A stretch of DNA of 64,000 bases from positions 5,184,001 through 5,248,000 of the forward strand of contig CBDCTK010000002.1 of NCBI GenBank assembly GCA_965222225.1. Reading direction: 5' to 3'. Within the stretch, counting starts at the first letter, position 1; each line of letters begins with the position of its first letter. The position numbers and the translations under genes are program-made. The stretch comes from Candidatus Poribacteria bacterium. Lineage in GTDB: Bacteria; Poribacteria; WGA-4E; JAJDTR01. This document shows, piece by piece, positions 32,923 to 44,438 of this stretch. The notes under the pieces were generated by a model. That model was not told the DNA's origin, ran no database searches, and saw only the letters and a program-made list of their open reading frames with translations.

Positions 32923-33930
32923 TCACTCCGATTTTTCGGCATTACCACTCCCTTCCACTGGCAATGCCTCAGCCTTATTCACCTTCTGTTCAGAGGTGCT
33001 CAGTGCAACCCTTAGCTGCTCCACAATCCTCGTATCTTGCGAAACTTCATTCCCACCACCCGTTCGCTGTCCGGGCGCATTCAACGCGAACGCTAACCCA
33101 TCCAAAATCCCCGCTAGTTGTGCAGCCTCGTTGCCAATCGCCTGTTGTTCCGGGGTTTTCAGTGCAAGTGTCAATCGCTCCAATACCGCAACAAGCTGAG
33201 GCCCGGACAAACTCTCTGACTTTCCGCGTTCAGTCGCCGACAGCTTCCTCATACTTTCCATCGTCTTGGTCAAAGAAGTCGTGAGCGCTTGCATATCGTG
33301 TACCGATTCAAGCGGCTCATCCAGCTTTCGACTGATTCGGTCGGCATTCTTCGCCAAAAGCGCAACGTGTTCCACTTTCGACGTGTACGGAACGTCACTC
33401 ACGACACGCCTATACTGATCCCGCGCTTCACGCCAAACTGAACCAAACTTCTTTTCAGGCCATCGCGCTGTCCCCGGTTTCAGATACGCCAACCGCTGGA
33501 TCAACATTTTTCGAAGTTCTTCCGCCCCCAGCGCGTCCTTCTGGGCAAGTCTGTTTATAATCTTGTCTTTCACCATTAACTCCCAGACCGCGGCTGAGCT
33601 AGGCATTCCCTGTGCATGACAGCGGATAATGAACTTCCGGTGTTCATCCGAAATAAACCGCGAAACCCACCGCCCCAACTCCTTATGGATTTCATCTTTG
33701 ATTACCTTTAGGTCCCCTCCATACCCCAAATCGGGTTCCTCTCTATACAAATCCCGATACAACTCCAATGCATGCCGTTGCACACGTGCGACAACCGCTT
33801 CAACAAGCTCCGCCCCGACCAATGTATCAAACATCGTGCGTATCTCCGACCTTAATTCCACCGCCCCGTCCTCCGGTACATCGTCGCTTAACGCATTTTG
33901 AAGTGCGATGTTCGGTTTTTCCGTCGCCAC
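32923..33930 (-). CDS. Hypothetical protein with DUF2280-like (phage) segment
   Basis: SDEHRKFII...YLKPG...WREARDQY...DVPYTSK resembles DUF2280; GGAGG RBS. Confidence 0.55.
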   Translation of the reverse strand: MATEKPNIALQNALSDDVPEDGAVELRSEIRTMFDTLVGAELVEAVVARVQRHALELYRDLYREEPDLGYGGDLKVIKDEIHKELGRWVSRFISDEHRKFIIRCHAQGMPSSAAVWELMVKDKIINRLAQKDALGAEELRKMLIQRLAYLKPGTARWPEKKFGSVWREARDQYRRVVSDVPYTSKVEHVALLAKNADRISRKLDEPLESVHDMQALTTSLTKTMESMRKLSATERGKSESLSGPQLVAVLERLTLALKTPEQQAIGNEAAQLAGILDGLAFALNAPGQRTGGGNEVSQDTRIVEQLRVALSTSEQKVNKAEALPVEGSGNAEKSE

Positions 33931-34358
33931 TGTTTTCCTCCGTTCATCGTCAAAATAGGGAACGAAAATCTCAGTCCCCGATTCTTAAGTTACTATGTCT
34001 ATTTCCCCCGTGTGCTAAGCGCTGCGGAATAGTCCCCACGTGGGTTTTCACGTTTCTGTCGGCTATCAACTATCCGGATTTCCCGGAAAAAAAGTGGTGT
34101 GAATCCTCTGGCGAAATGCTTAACATATATTACCCTATTTCATGTTCGGGTTGCAAGCTCTCTTCACGGTTCATGCAAACGAACTCGGTCATACTGTAAG
34201 CTTTCACGCTCTTTTTAATCTCAAAGCTCTCGATCCATTTACCCTCATAGATATTAAAAGTATGAAATGCCGATAATCTCCCTTTAGCGACCACTTCCCG
34301 CGCCTGTGTTTTGTGACTTTTTGCCTATACAACTGCCCTCAACCGATGTTGGTTCATG

Positions 34359-34387
34359 TTGACATAATCTGCAAAATGTGATACGAT
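34359..34387 (+). promoter_or_regulatory. Putative promoter of the FG-GAP array
   Basis: TTGACA-17-TACGAT with extended TG. Confidence 0.55.
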
Positions 34388-35511
34388 GCCCTGTGATTTA
34401 ATTGCAGGGCGGCACAAAGGCGAAACTTTGTTGGCCCCTGCACGGAAAATGAGAAAATGATGACAAAAACAATACAATTTGTGCTTCTCACGCTTGCCCT
34501 TGGCTTGGGAACGGAATCCTTCGTGAACGCCAAGGAAGTCAAGCTAGCCGGCGCCGAGGGAGGATCCGGAAATAGGCAGCTCGCTGTCGATATCGTGGCG
34601 GGGACAGTCATTGTAGGAGCGCACGCCGAAAACTACGCCAAAATATATGCCGCGAAAAACAATCGGTGGGAATTGCAAGCACAAGTCAGTGAGGCCGAAG
34701 GGAGTTACGGATGGGCAGTCGCCATTGGAAGTCTCCATTTGCGGGGTAACCCGCACGCTGCCATCGTAGGAGCCCCGAACAACAGCGACCGTGGCGACAG
34801 CGCGGGCGCTGCTTTTGTCTACGCCCCGAGCGGCGGCACATGGAAACAGCAGGGAAAACTCACCGCCGACGATGCTGCCGCTACAAACAATTTCGGACAC
34901 GCCGTCTCCATTGACGGAAATACTGCCATTGTTGGCTCGCCAAAAAGCGACGATGCCGGCAAAAACTCCGGGGCAGCCTATATCTTCGTCCGCGATGGCC
35001 CGACATGGAAACAGCAGGCGAAACTGCTCCCCAACGATCTGGGAGGATCGGATGCGTTCGGGGAGGATGTCTTTGTCTCCGGGCGCAGCCTATGTTTTCG
35101 TCCGCGAGGGAACGACGTGGGTACAAAAAGCCAAGCTTACTGCTGACGACGCGGCCAAGAGCGATCGGTTCGGACATTCGGTTGCCATGAGCGGCAACAG
35201 CATCATCGTCGGCGCGCCGCTGCACGATACCCCTGCCGGCAAAGATGCCGGGGTAGCCTATATCTTCGTCCCCCACGAGGACTCATGGAAGCAGCAGGCA
35301 ATGCTCATGCCGGCAAAGGCGGAAGCTTCCAATCAGCTCGGATTCGGTGTTGCTACCACGGGAAACATCGCAATCGTTGGCGCTCCAGCCCGTAATGAAG
35401 GGGCAAGAGCCGCAGGAGCGGCATATTCCTTTGTGCGTGTCGAAGGCATCTGGGAGGAGAAAGAAAAGGTTGTGCCCAAAGATGGCGCCAGGAAATTATA
35501 GAAATCCTTAA

Positions 35512-36384
35512 GAACCTGTTTGAAAAGTCATTTGACTCGGTTTCGCATCAAGTAAATGGAAGCGCTGTACACCATGGTCCCAGGAGTCTTAAGGATAGCG
35601 TTCATAATCCAAAGTCAATGGACGAAACCAGCCAAGCCAAGAAAATGTGCGTTCAACAATCCATCGTAACGGGACAACTTCAAACCCCTGCTGCCCTAGC
35701 GTAGATGCGATCTCCAGTTGACACTGATGAGCTAGATATAACCAGTCTTCTAATTCTCCGCGATAGGCAGCATCGGCACACACCAACTGAATTGTTATGT
35801 ACCAGCTAAACACTTCTGTTAGTAATTCAATAGCTATCTGATTGTCACTGACTTTGACTATCAATGGAACACCTATCGTATCAGTTACTAGATGTCGTTT
35901 GCGTCCTTTGACTCTCTTGTGACCATCAAATCCTCTAGTCGCCGCTAATTCCGTCGTCTTAACGGATTGGCTGTTGATGATAGCTGCTGTCGGTGATGGT
36001 TCTTTGCCAACATCACGACGTGTTTGTTCGTGAAGTGCCTGATGAATCAAGAGCCATGTATCGTCGGCGCTCCACTTTCTGAAATGGTAATAGACCGTTT
36101 GCCACGGTGGCATATCATGGGGTAGCGTTCGCCACTGACAGCCTGACTTGACAACATAAAAGATGGCGTTGATGATTAAATACATCTCCCACTTGAGAGG
36201 TCTGCCTAAGCGTTGAGCTGTTGGCAGAAACGATGACAGTTTCTCCCACTGTGCATCGGTCAAATCACTGGGATAACTCTTGCGGTTCATGTTTACTCCT
36301 TTCATTGGTTCAGAATGAACTGCTCCAATGAGTAAACGTAATCATCAACCCTTCAGACAACTTTCTTCTTTTTCAAACAGGATC
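35512..36384 (-). mobile_element. IS5-family (IS1031-like) element, degenerate
   Basis: TIRs GAACCTGTTTGAAAA / TTTTCAAACAGGATC; transposase ORF inside. Confidence 0.88.
35589..36290 (-). pseudogene. IS5 transposase, probably inactive
   Basis: YPSDLTDAQW, GCQWR, KGRKRH, RWIVERTF; first catalytic Asp reads N (IINSQSVK); small deletion and early stop. Confidence 0.8.
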
Positions 36385-36501
36385 TTAGCGCGATAAGATA
36401 AATTAAAAAATTGTGACATTATGTGACATTATGTGAGGAAATATGGCAATGGAAGCGTAAAGATTGCTGGTTTCTAACCGCCGCGGACAATGACATAGTT
36501 T

Positions 36502-36625
36502 GTAGGGTGCGATCAAAGGAATGAATAATGACTGCGATAGAGATCCCCTGCGCACCAGCCTTTGAAAGCGCCAGCAGCGATCGAGCGAGTGGATAACGAG
36601 TGCGATAGGGATCCCACAGGTATGT
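36502..36625 (+). repeat. REP allele carrying two 36-nt insertions
   Basis: Inserts 36512-36547 and 36580-36615 relative to the empty allele at 10087-10140. Confidence 0.85.
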
Positions 36626-37387
36626 AGCAGCCAACAATGAAAACATGAAAAAACTTTCTACAAATGACCAAAAATGGCTTTGCCACCGATTATTCAAACA
36701 GGCTCTAAGTTCGGTTCCTCAATTGCAATGAGCGACAACTCCGTTGTCATATCGTCCCACAATGCGGTGAATGAAGGCCCCGGATTTGCCAACGGTACCG
36801 CATTAGCGGTGACAACGCTTGGTCAAGTCAAGCGCACAGCGCTGTATCAAAACTTTCCGAACCCGTTTAACCCCGAAACATGGCTGCCTTATCGGTTGGC
36901 GTCGGATGCCCTGGTCACCCTTCGCATTTACAATGTCGGAGGGAAACTCGTGCGGGAGTTGGATCTCGGCGACCAAAGAGCGGGCGGCTACCTGACTCGC
37001 GAGACCGCCGCCTATTGGGATGGTCGGGACCAACGCGGTGAAGCCGTGTCAAGCGGTTTGTACGTTTACACCCTGCAAGCCGATGACTTCCGAGCCACGC
37101 GAAGAATGGTTATTTTGAAATAGATGAAGCGACTGAACAAAGATCAACAGACCGAATAGGATCAAATGAGATTAAGTGAACGAACAGTGGGCGCGATAGA
37201 ATATATTTGTAGGGTGGGCACTGCCCACCATTTCTCGTAGCGCTAGAGCTCCCAAAGAGATTCTCAACGCGTATAGCAACTTGAATAACCAAAAATGGTT
37301 CTGTCGCGATTATTTAACTGGGTTCATAAAAGCACATAGCCCGCACTGATTTCAGCAATTCAAACATAAATTAATAAGGAGATTTTG

Positions 37388-38977
37388 ATGAAAACGGCAT
37401 ATTTAGTATTGATTGGTCTGACTGTCGCCGTCGTATGGGCGTCCATCAGTTACACTGCCCTCGCTCAGAAAGATGTCAGGCTTGTCCCCGCCGACACGGG
37501 CGGCACCGATAATGATCCTGTGTCAATCGGTATCGGCACGAAGTACATCATCCTCGGCACACCGGGGAGTGCCCAAGACTTCGCCACAATCTTCGAGGGC
37601 GAAGGTGACAAGTGGAAGCAGACGGCACATCTCACGGGTGACGGCGGCGCGTTCGGGCAAGCTGTCGCTATCACCGATATCCGCGGACGAAGCAATACGG
37701 CATTTGCAATTGTCGGCGCACCAACCCACGACGGAGCCGGAGAAGCCCGAGTTTTTGCGCTCGGCGGAAGAGACTGGAACCCGCAGGCGAGACTCCGCGC
37801 CAGTGATGCGGCGGACGGAGACGCTTTCGGACATGCCGTCTCAATTAACGGCGACACCGCCCTCGTGGGTGCGCCGAAAGATGACGATGCGGGCAGCAAC
37901 TCCGGGGCGGTTTATGTCTTTGATCGTGTCGGCGCGCGCTGGAACCAACAAGCGAAACTTGTGGCGAAGGATGCCGCACCCTCCGCTGGATTCGGTGAAG
38001 CCGTCGCCCTATTTGGCAATACCGCTATCATAGGGGCACCACAGAGCGAGCATCGGGGCGTAAAGTTCGCAGGTGCGGCTTACGTGTTTGCGCGCGAAGG
38101 GAACAGATGGGTGGAGAAAACCAAACTCACGGCTGGCCATCCGGGCAAGGCGGACCGATTTGGGTTCGCCGTCGCTATCGGCGGGGACACCGTTGTCATC
38201 GTGGCGCCCTTGAAAGATACCGAGGGCGGACAAGATGCCGGCGCCGTCTACATTTTCGGGCGTGATGGGAACGCCTGGAGACAGCTTGCGAAAGTATTGG
38301 GGGAAGGCGGTTGGAAAGGCGACAAATTCGGAAACAGTGTGGCTACCAATGGAAACGTGGCAATTGTTGGGGCGCCTATCCGAGAAGAGGACGCATTTGC
38401 CTCGGGTGCCGCTTATGCCTTTGCACGTGTGGACGGAGTCTGGCAGGCAAAGGAGAAGGTCGTGCCCAAGGACGGATCCAAAGATCTTCACTTCGGTGCT
38501 TCGGTCGGGATAAATGAAAATACGGTGGCTATCGCTTCCCATCACAAAACCAAGTGCGCCGACTGCGGATGGCCGCACGGCGACGGCTCATCCGCCTATG
38601 TCTATAGCAGTATAGAAAGTTTCGGTACGCCGCCCTTCGCGGTCGAGCCGATTGATTTGAAAATAAATACGCTAGGGCGAGTAAAACGCACAGCGCTGTT
38701 CCAAAACTTCCCCAACCCCTTCAATCCGGAGACGTGGCTGCCGTATCAACTAGCTGCCGATGCCCCGGTAAACCTCCGCATCTATAACATCCGAGGTCAA
38801 TTGGTGCGAAAGTTGGATATCGGGGTACAAAAAGCCGGGAGCTATCGGGCACAAGAATCCGCCGCCTATTGGGATGGCAGCGATCAACTTGGCGAAAGCG
38901 TTTCCAGCGGCGTGTATTTCTACACGATGCAAGCCGGTGCGTTTCAAGCCACGCGCCGAATGCTTATTTTGAAATAG
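37388..38977 (+). CDS. FG-GAP beta-propeller protein 2 with FlgD-Ig/CTD-like tail
   Basis: Signal peptide; repeated FG.AV.I.G...VGAP; NFPNPFNPETW...TRRMLILK. Confidence 0.9.
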   Translation: MKTAYLVLIGLTVAVVWASISYTALAQKDVRLVPADTGGTDNDPVSIGIGTKYIILGTPGSAQDFATIFEGEGDKWKQTAHLTGDGGAFGQAVAITDIRGRSNTAFAIVGAPTHDGAGEARVFALGGRDWNPQARLRASDAADGDAFGHAVSINGDTALVGAPKDDDAGSNSGAVYVFDRVGARWNQQAKLVAKDAAPSAGFGEAVALFGNTAIIGAPQSEHRGVKFAGAAYVFAREGNRWVEKTKLTAGHPGKADRFGFAVAIGGDTVVIVAPLKDTEGGQDAGAVYIFGRDGNAWRQLAKVLGEGGWKGDKFGNSVATNGNVAIVGAPIREEDAFASGAAYAFARVDGVWQAKEKVVPKDGSKDLHFGASVGINENTVAIASHHKTKCADCGWPHGDGSSAYVYSSIESFGTPPFAVEPIDLKINTLGRVKRTALFQNFPNPFNPETWLPYQLAADAPVNLRIYNIRGQLVRKLDIGVQKAGSYRAQESAAYWDGSDQLGESVSSGVYFYTMQAGAFQATRRMLILK

Positions 38978-39167
38978 ATCAAGGAAGTGAATAACGACCG
39001 CGATAGCGTCCTCATAGCGCGCGCGATAGAAATCCTTTATAAGAGAAGAACAAACCTACAATATGGGAAGGCTCTATTTCCTACTCACCAGTTAACAACG
39101 AACAGAGACTACGCCAGCACGGACGCTGGCGACTAAAAATTCGCATAGACATAGAAGGGAATATATA

Positions 39168-40820
39168 ATGAGAAAAACGTTAACATCTCTCTTAATAGGT
39201 CTTACCCTCAGTATCGGTCTCGCACCTGTAAGCCACGCCGGAGTCGATAAACTCGTCGGCGCGGAAGAGGGGATTGACAATAAACATCTTGCGACGGATG
39301 TCAGCGGGGACATCCTCGCCATCGGTGCTTCCGGATCGGGCTACGTCAAAATCTACGTAAACGCCGGTGGAAATTGGAAAGAGCAGTGGCAACTCACAGC
39401 CCAAGAGCGAGTTGAACAAGAAGAGGCGCGTATTCCCGCCTTCGGATGGTCGGTCTCCCTTACGGGCGTCCACGAAATTGCCAGCGCGAACTACGCTATC
39501 GTTGGTGCGCCGACCGACACGCATCCTGAAAAAGGCGAGGGGGTCAATGAAGGTGGCGGCATTGCCGGCATCTTCGCCGCGGGAGAAAAAGGCGCCGCCT
39601 ATATTTTCCGCCGTACCGGAAACGAATGGCGACAACAGGTGAAGTTGATTGCTGAGGAACCCACAGATGACGATCGGTACGGCGAGTCTGTCTCTATTTT
39701 CCGAACCATGGCAATCATTGGCGTACCAAAAGACGATGATAACAAGAAGAACGAGGGTTCTGCCTACATTTATGTGCGCGAAGGTACTGATTGGCGTCAA
39801 CAAGCCAAAATTGTCCCCGATGGCCTTGGCGGCTCCGACGCGTTCGGAGAGGCCGTCGACATCCGCGAAAGCACAGCCGTGATCGGTGCACCGGCGCACA
39901 CACCCGGTGGAGTGAGATTCGCGGGCGCAGCGTATATCTACGTTCGCGAAGGGGAAACCTGGCGCCAACAAGCCAAACTCACAGCCAACGATGGTGCGAA
40001 AGCCGACCGTTTCGGTTCCTCTGTCGCTATTGGTAGTGGAACCGTAGTCATTGGTGCGCCGGCGCATGACACGGACAAAGGCAAGAATGCAGGAGCCGCC
40101 TATGTGTATGTGCGCGATGGAGATCGATGGAAACTGGAGGCGAAACTGACACCCGAAGTCGGAGAGAAGAACGATCAATTCGGATTTGGCGTCGACACCA
40201 ACGGTAATATCGTCATCATTGGAGCTAAAGGGCGCAGCGAACGCGCACCAGCCGCAGGGGCTGCCTATTCCTTTGTGCGAACCGATGGGCGCTGGGAAGA
40301 GAAGAAGAAGGTTCTTCCCGATGACCTAGAGCAAAAAATCAACTTCGGTGGTTCCGTTGCCATTAACGGCAATACCGTCGTCGTTGCGTCTCACAATGCA
40401 GGCAATGATGGCCCCGGATTTGGACACGGCACGGCGGTGCATGTTTACAGCAGTATAAAAGACTTCGACACACCGTCCTTCTCCGTTAATCCAACAGGAT
40501 TGAGAATTACATCACTTGGCAAGGTCAAACGCACGGCGCTGTTTCAGAACTTCCCCAATCCGTTTAACCCGGAAACTTGGCTGCCGTATCGCCTAGCCTC
40601 CGACTCGCCGGTTACCTTCCGCATCTACAATGCCCAAGGCCAGTTAATGCAGGAATTGGATCTCGGCACCCAAAAAGCTGCGGACTACCTGACTCGAGAA
40701 ACCGCCGCCTATTGGGACGGCAGAAACCGATTCGGAGAAACGGTGTCCAGCGGTGTCTATTTCTACACCCTTGAAGCCGGCTCTTACGAAGCCACTCGGC
40801 GGATGCTCATTTTGAAATAG
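39168..40820 (+). CDS. FG-GAP beta-propeller protein 3
   Basis: Same architecture as paralogue 2. Confidence 0.9.
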   Translation: MRKTLTSLLIGLTLSIGLAPVSHAGVDKLVGAEEGIDNKHLATDVSGDILAIGASGSGYVKIYVNAGGNWKEQWQLTAQERVEQEEARIPAFGWSVSLTGVHEIASANYAIVGAPTDTHPEKGEGVNEGGGIAGIFAAGEKGAAYIFRRTGNEWRQQVKLIAEEPTDDDRYGESVSIFRTMAIIGVPKDDDNKKNEGSAYIYVREGTDWRQQAKIVPDGLGGSDAFGEAVDIRESTAVIGAPAHTPGGVRFAGAAYIYVREGETWRQQAKLTANDGAKADRFGSSVAIGSGTVVIGAPAHDTDKGKNAGAAYVYVRDGDRWKLEAKLTPEVGEKNDQFGFGVDTNGNIVIIGAKGRSERAPAAGAAYSFVRTDGRWEEKKKVLPDDLEQKINFGGSVAINGNTVVVASHNAGNDGPGFGHGTAVHVYSSIKDFDTPSFSVNPTGLRITSLGKVKRTALFQNFPNPFNPETWLPYRLASDSPVTFRIYNAQGQLMQELDLGTQKAADYLTRETAAYWDGRNRFGETVSSGVYFYTLEAGSYEATRRMLILK

Positions 40821-41015
40821 CGCAAACGACAAACTCAAAGCGTGTGGGAGGTTCGGTATAGATGCGAATCTCCCACGCACTACCAGTTGCAGGACATAGA
40901 CGGCACAGTTCATGCCGCCGACTCGACATCGGGACTCGTGCCATTGATTAATTGTCATCGAAAACAAACGATTCCTGACCAATCTTCAAACAAAACAACT
41001 CGAAAGGAGCGTGCC

Positions 41016-42650
41016 ATGAAAAAAACGATACGATTTATCCTCATCACGCTTGCGCTCGGCATTGCATCGGCAACCGTAAATCATACGGCGCTGGCAAAAA
41101 AGGAAGTCAAGCTTATCGGCGTCGAGGAAGGAAACAACAACGAACATTTAACTTCAGACATTATTGGCGACTCCGTAATTATGGGAGCGCGTGGTGCGGG
41201 TGTTGCCACAGTCCACGTCTTTGACGGAAAATCTTGGAAAAAACAGGGGGATCTGCTTGCCAGCGATCCCGACAATGATAGAGCTGCCAGACCGTCTTAC
41301 AGCCATTCAGTCGCTATCGGGGCGCCCCACGAGTTTGCTGCTGCAAACTTCGCCATTATCGGTGCGCCGCGACACCTGCATGGAGGGGAACCGGCGCTTG
41401 CGGGCAAAGGGGGATTTGGTGCAGCATATATCTTCCGCCGCGGCGGAACGAAATGGAAACAGCAAATAAAGCTCGTAGCGCCAGACCCGATGCTCGACGA
41501 CCGGTTCGGCGAGGCTGTTGGCATCTACCGGAACACCGCCGTGGTTGGAGCATCGAAAGACGACGATCAGGGCAAAAACTCGGGTTCGGTCTTCGTCTAC
41601 GTATTCGATGAGGAATCGTGGAAACCACAAGCAAAGATAGTTCCCGACGATCTCGTCGGATCAGACGCTTTCGGAGAAGCGGTATCGTTAGATGAAAGCA
41701 CCCTCGCCATCGGAGCGCCGGGGCACACGCATAGTGGAGTAAGATTCGCTGGCGCCGTCTACATCTTTGTACGTGAGAACGATAAATGGGTACAGCAAGC
41801 CAAACTCACTCCCGATGACCCCGGAAAGTCTGCTCAGTTCGGGAGTTGTATATCACTCAGCTTCAACACGGTCGTCGTTGGAGCCCCGCTGCACGACACC
41901 GAGCGCGGTAAGGATGCGGGAGCGGCTTACATCTTCGTGCGCAACGGCGAAAGATGGACGCAACAGGCAAGATTGACTTCCAGCGACACGAAAGCCGGAG
42001 ATCGATTCGGTACGGGCGTTGCCACTACTGGAAAGAGCGCCATCATCGGCGCTCCGTTTAGACCTGAAGGCGCTCCGGGATCAGGCGCAGCTTATTCCTT
42101 TATAAGCGTTGACGGGAAATGGGAAGAGAAGGAGAAAATCACCCCTGACGACGCGGGACAAAAAATCAATTACGGACTTTGGATTGCCATGAGCGGCAAC
42201 ATGGTTATTGTTTCGTCTTATGCCGCCCCAAATGAAGGCGGCGCGGAAAAGGGGATTGGCACTGCGGCTTACATCTATAATAGCGTTGACGATTTTGGTG
42301 TTTTGCCTTACGCTGTCGAAGCGTTCGGCATGAGCTTAACAACGCTGGGGAGTGTAAAGCGGACAGCCCTGCTTCAGAATTTCCCCAACCCGTTCAATCC
42401 GGAAACGTGGATGCCGTATCGCCTAGCAACCGACACGCCGGTTACCTTCCGCATATACAATAACCGAGGTCAATTGATGCGGGAGTTGGATCTCGGTCTC
42501 CAAAAAGCCGCGGACTACCTGACACGAGAAACCGCTGCCTATTGGGACGGCAGAAACCGGTTCGGAGAAACGGTGTCCAGCGGCGTCTACTTCTATAGAA
42601 TTGAAGCCGGATCTTACGAAGCCACCCGGCGGATGCTTATTTTGAAGTAA
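41016..42650 (+). CDS. FG-GAP beta-propeller protein 4
   Basis: Same architecture; ATG after AAGGAG. Confidence 0.9.
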   Translation: MKKTIRFILITLALGIASATVNHTALAKKEVKLIGVEEGNNNEHLTSDIIGDSVIMGARGAGVATVHVFDGKSWKKQGDLLASDPDNDRAARPSYSHSVAIGAPHEFAAANFAIIGAPRHLHGGEPALAGKGGFGAAYIFRRGGTKWKQQIKLVAPDPMLDDRFGEAVGIYRNTAVVGASKDDDQGKNSGSVFVYVFDEESWKPQAKIVPDDLVGSDAFGEAVSLDESTLAIGAPGHTHSGVRFAGAVYIFVRENDKWVQQAKLTPDDPGKSAQFGSCISLSFNTVVVGAPLHDTERGKDAGAAYIFVRNGERWTQQARLTSSDTKAGDRFGTGVATTGKSAIIGAPFRPEGAPGSGAAYSFISVDGKWEEKEKITPDDAGQKINYGLWIAMSGNMVIVSSYAAPNEGGAEKGIGTAAYIYNSVDDFGVLPYAVEAFGMSLTTLGSVKRTALLQNFPNPFNPETWMPYRLATDTPVTFRIYNNRGQLMRELDLGLQKAADYLTRETAAYWDGRNRFGETVSSGVYFYRIEAGSYEATRRMLILK

Positions 42651-42791
42651 GAAAGGTAACAAACCAAGCCGTGTGGGAGGTTCGATTTCTAACCGCACGG
42701 GATATGCGCGGTTGGAAACCGCGCCTACCAAAGGAGTTATGAAGACAAACGAGTACCGGCAAATCTAAAGACTACTCGAAAGGAGCGTGTC

Positions 42792-44438
42792 ATGGGAAAA
42801 ACCGTACGATTCATCCTCATCACTCTTGCGCTCGGCATTGTATCGGCAACCATAAATCATACCGCGCTGGCAAAAAAGGAAGTCAAGCTTATCGGTGTCG
42901 AGGAGGGCGTTAACCACGAGCATTTGACCGCGGACATAATCGGGGACACCGTCATTATCGCGTCACGCGGCGCAGGAACCGCCACAATTTACGTCAATGA
43001 CGGCAAAGTTTGGAAAAAGCAGGAGGACCTGCAAGCCCGTGACCACAATGCTCGAGATCCGTATGTTCCCGGCTTCGCTTATTCAGTCGCTATCGGGGCA
43101 CCTCATGAGTTTGCTACTCCAAACTTCGCCATTATCGGCGCGCCAAAACACTTGCATGGAGGAGACAACCTCAAAGGGCTGGACGGGCCCGCGGGATTTG
43201 GCGCCGCCTATATCTTCCGACGCAGTGGAAAGACCTGGAAGGAACATGTCAGACTTGTTGCCCCGGATCCCGTGGATGACGACCGATACGGCGAGTCTGT
43301 TGCCATCTACAGAACCACAGCCGTGGTTGGGGCGTCGAAAGACGACGATAATGGCAAAAACTCGGGTTCCGTCTTCGTCTATGTTCTAGACGGCGCCACG
43401 AATACGTGGAAACCCCAAGCAAAAATAGTTCCCGACGATTTAGGCGGGTCAGACGCTTTCGGAGAAACGGTATCGTTGGATGAAAATACCCTTGCTGTCG
43501 GAGCGCCGGGTCACACCCACAGCGGAGTGAGATTCGCCGGCGCCGTCTACGTCTTTGTTCGCAACGGAGATAAATGGGAACAACAAGCGAAACTCACTCC
43601 CGATGACCCCGGCAAGGCTTCGAAGTTCGGGAGCGCAATATCGCTCAGCTTCAACACGCTCGTTGTTGGAGCCCCTCTGCACGACACCGAGCGCGGCAGA
43701 GATGCCGGTGCGGCTTACATCTTCGTACGCAACGGCGACAGATGGAATCAGCAGGCGAAATTGATTGCCAAAGACACAAAGGAGAAAGACCGATTCGGTA
43801 CGGGCGTCGCCACCACCGGCAAGAGCGCCATAATCGGGGCTCCGTTTCGACCTGAAGGCGCGCCGGGATCAGGCGCCGCCTATTCCTTTGTAAGCGTTGA
43901 TGGGAAATGGGGGGAGAAGGTGAAAGTCACCCCCGACGATGCCGGACAAAAGATTAATTACGGGCTCTGGGTCGCCATGAGCGGCAACATGGTCATTGTT
44001 TCGTCTTATGCCGCCGCGAACGAAGGCGGCGCCGAAAAAGGAATCGGCACTGCGGCTTACGTTTATAATAGCGTAGACGATTTCGGAGCGTTCCCCTACG
44101 CCGTCGAACCGTTCGGCATGAACCTAACAACGCTTGGGAGTGTAAAAAGAACAGCGCTGCTTCAAAATTTCCCCAACCCGTTTAATCCGGAAACGTGGAT
44201 GCCGTATCGCTTGGCGTCGGATGTCCCGGTGTCGATTCAGATTTTCAACGTAAAAGGACAACTGCTACGGGAACTGAATCTCGGAGAACAGAAAGCGGGC
44301 AGCTATCTAACCCGAGACACCGCCGCTCATTGGGATGGAAGAGATCAGGTTGGAGAAACTGTTTCCAGCGGCGTCTATTTTTATGCCCTGCATGCCGGTG
44401 CATTCCAAGCCACCCGGCGCATGCTCATTTTGAAGTAG
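42792..44438 (+). CDS. FG-GAP beta-propeller protein 5
   Basis: Same architecture; body very similar to paralogue 4. Confidence 0.9.
   Translation: MGKTVRFILITLALGIVSATINHTALAKKEVKLIGVEEGVNHEHLTADIIGDTVIIASRGAGTATIYVNDGKVWKKQEDLQARDHNARDPYVPGFAYSVAIGAPHEFATPNFAIIGAPKHLHGGDNLKGLDGPAGFGAAYIFRRSGKTWKEHVRLVAPDPVDDDRYGESVAIYRTTAVVGASKDDDNGKNSGSVFVYVLDGATNTWKPQAKIVPDDLGGSDAFGETVSLDENTLAVGAPGHTHSGVRFAGAVYVFVRNGDKWEQQAKLTPDDPGKASKFGSAISLSFNTLVVGAPLHDTERGRDAGAAYIFVRNGDRWNQQAKLIAKDTKEKDRFGTGVATTGKSAIIGAPFRPEGAPGSGAAYSFVSVDGKWGEKVKVTPDDAGQKINYGLWVAMSGNMVIVSSYAAANEGGAEKGIGTAAYVYNSVDDFGAFPYAVEPFGMNLTTLGSVKRTALLQNFPNPFNPETWMPYRLASDVPVSIQIFNVKGQLLRELNLGEQKAGSYLTRDTAAHWDGRDQVGETVSSGVYFYALHAGAFQATRRMLILK

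Larger units (their letters stand above)
34457..37123 (+). pseudogene. FG-GAP paralogue 1; deletion/frameshift near 35085, IS5 composite insertion, second deletion near 36800
   Basis: Fragments 34457-35085, 35085-35500 and 36706-37123 align with the intact neighbours. Confidence 0.85.

Noticed and set aside
36412-36436. TGTGACATTA direct repeat as an operator
   Set aside because: Lies in transposon passenger DNA with no associated gene.
40842-41015. Long N-terminal ORF extensions (also 57884-58039 and 50207-50251)
   Set aside because: Downstream starts have a clear RBS and signal peptide.
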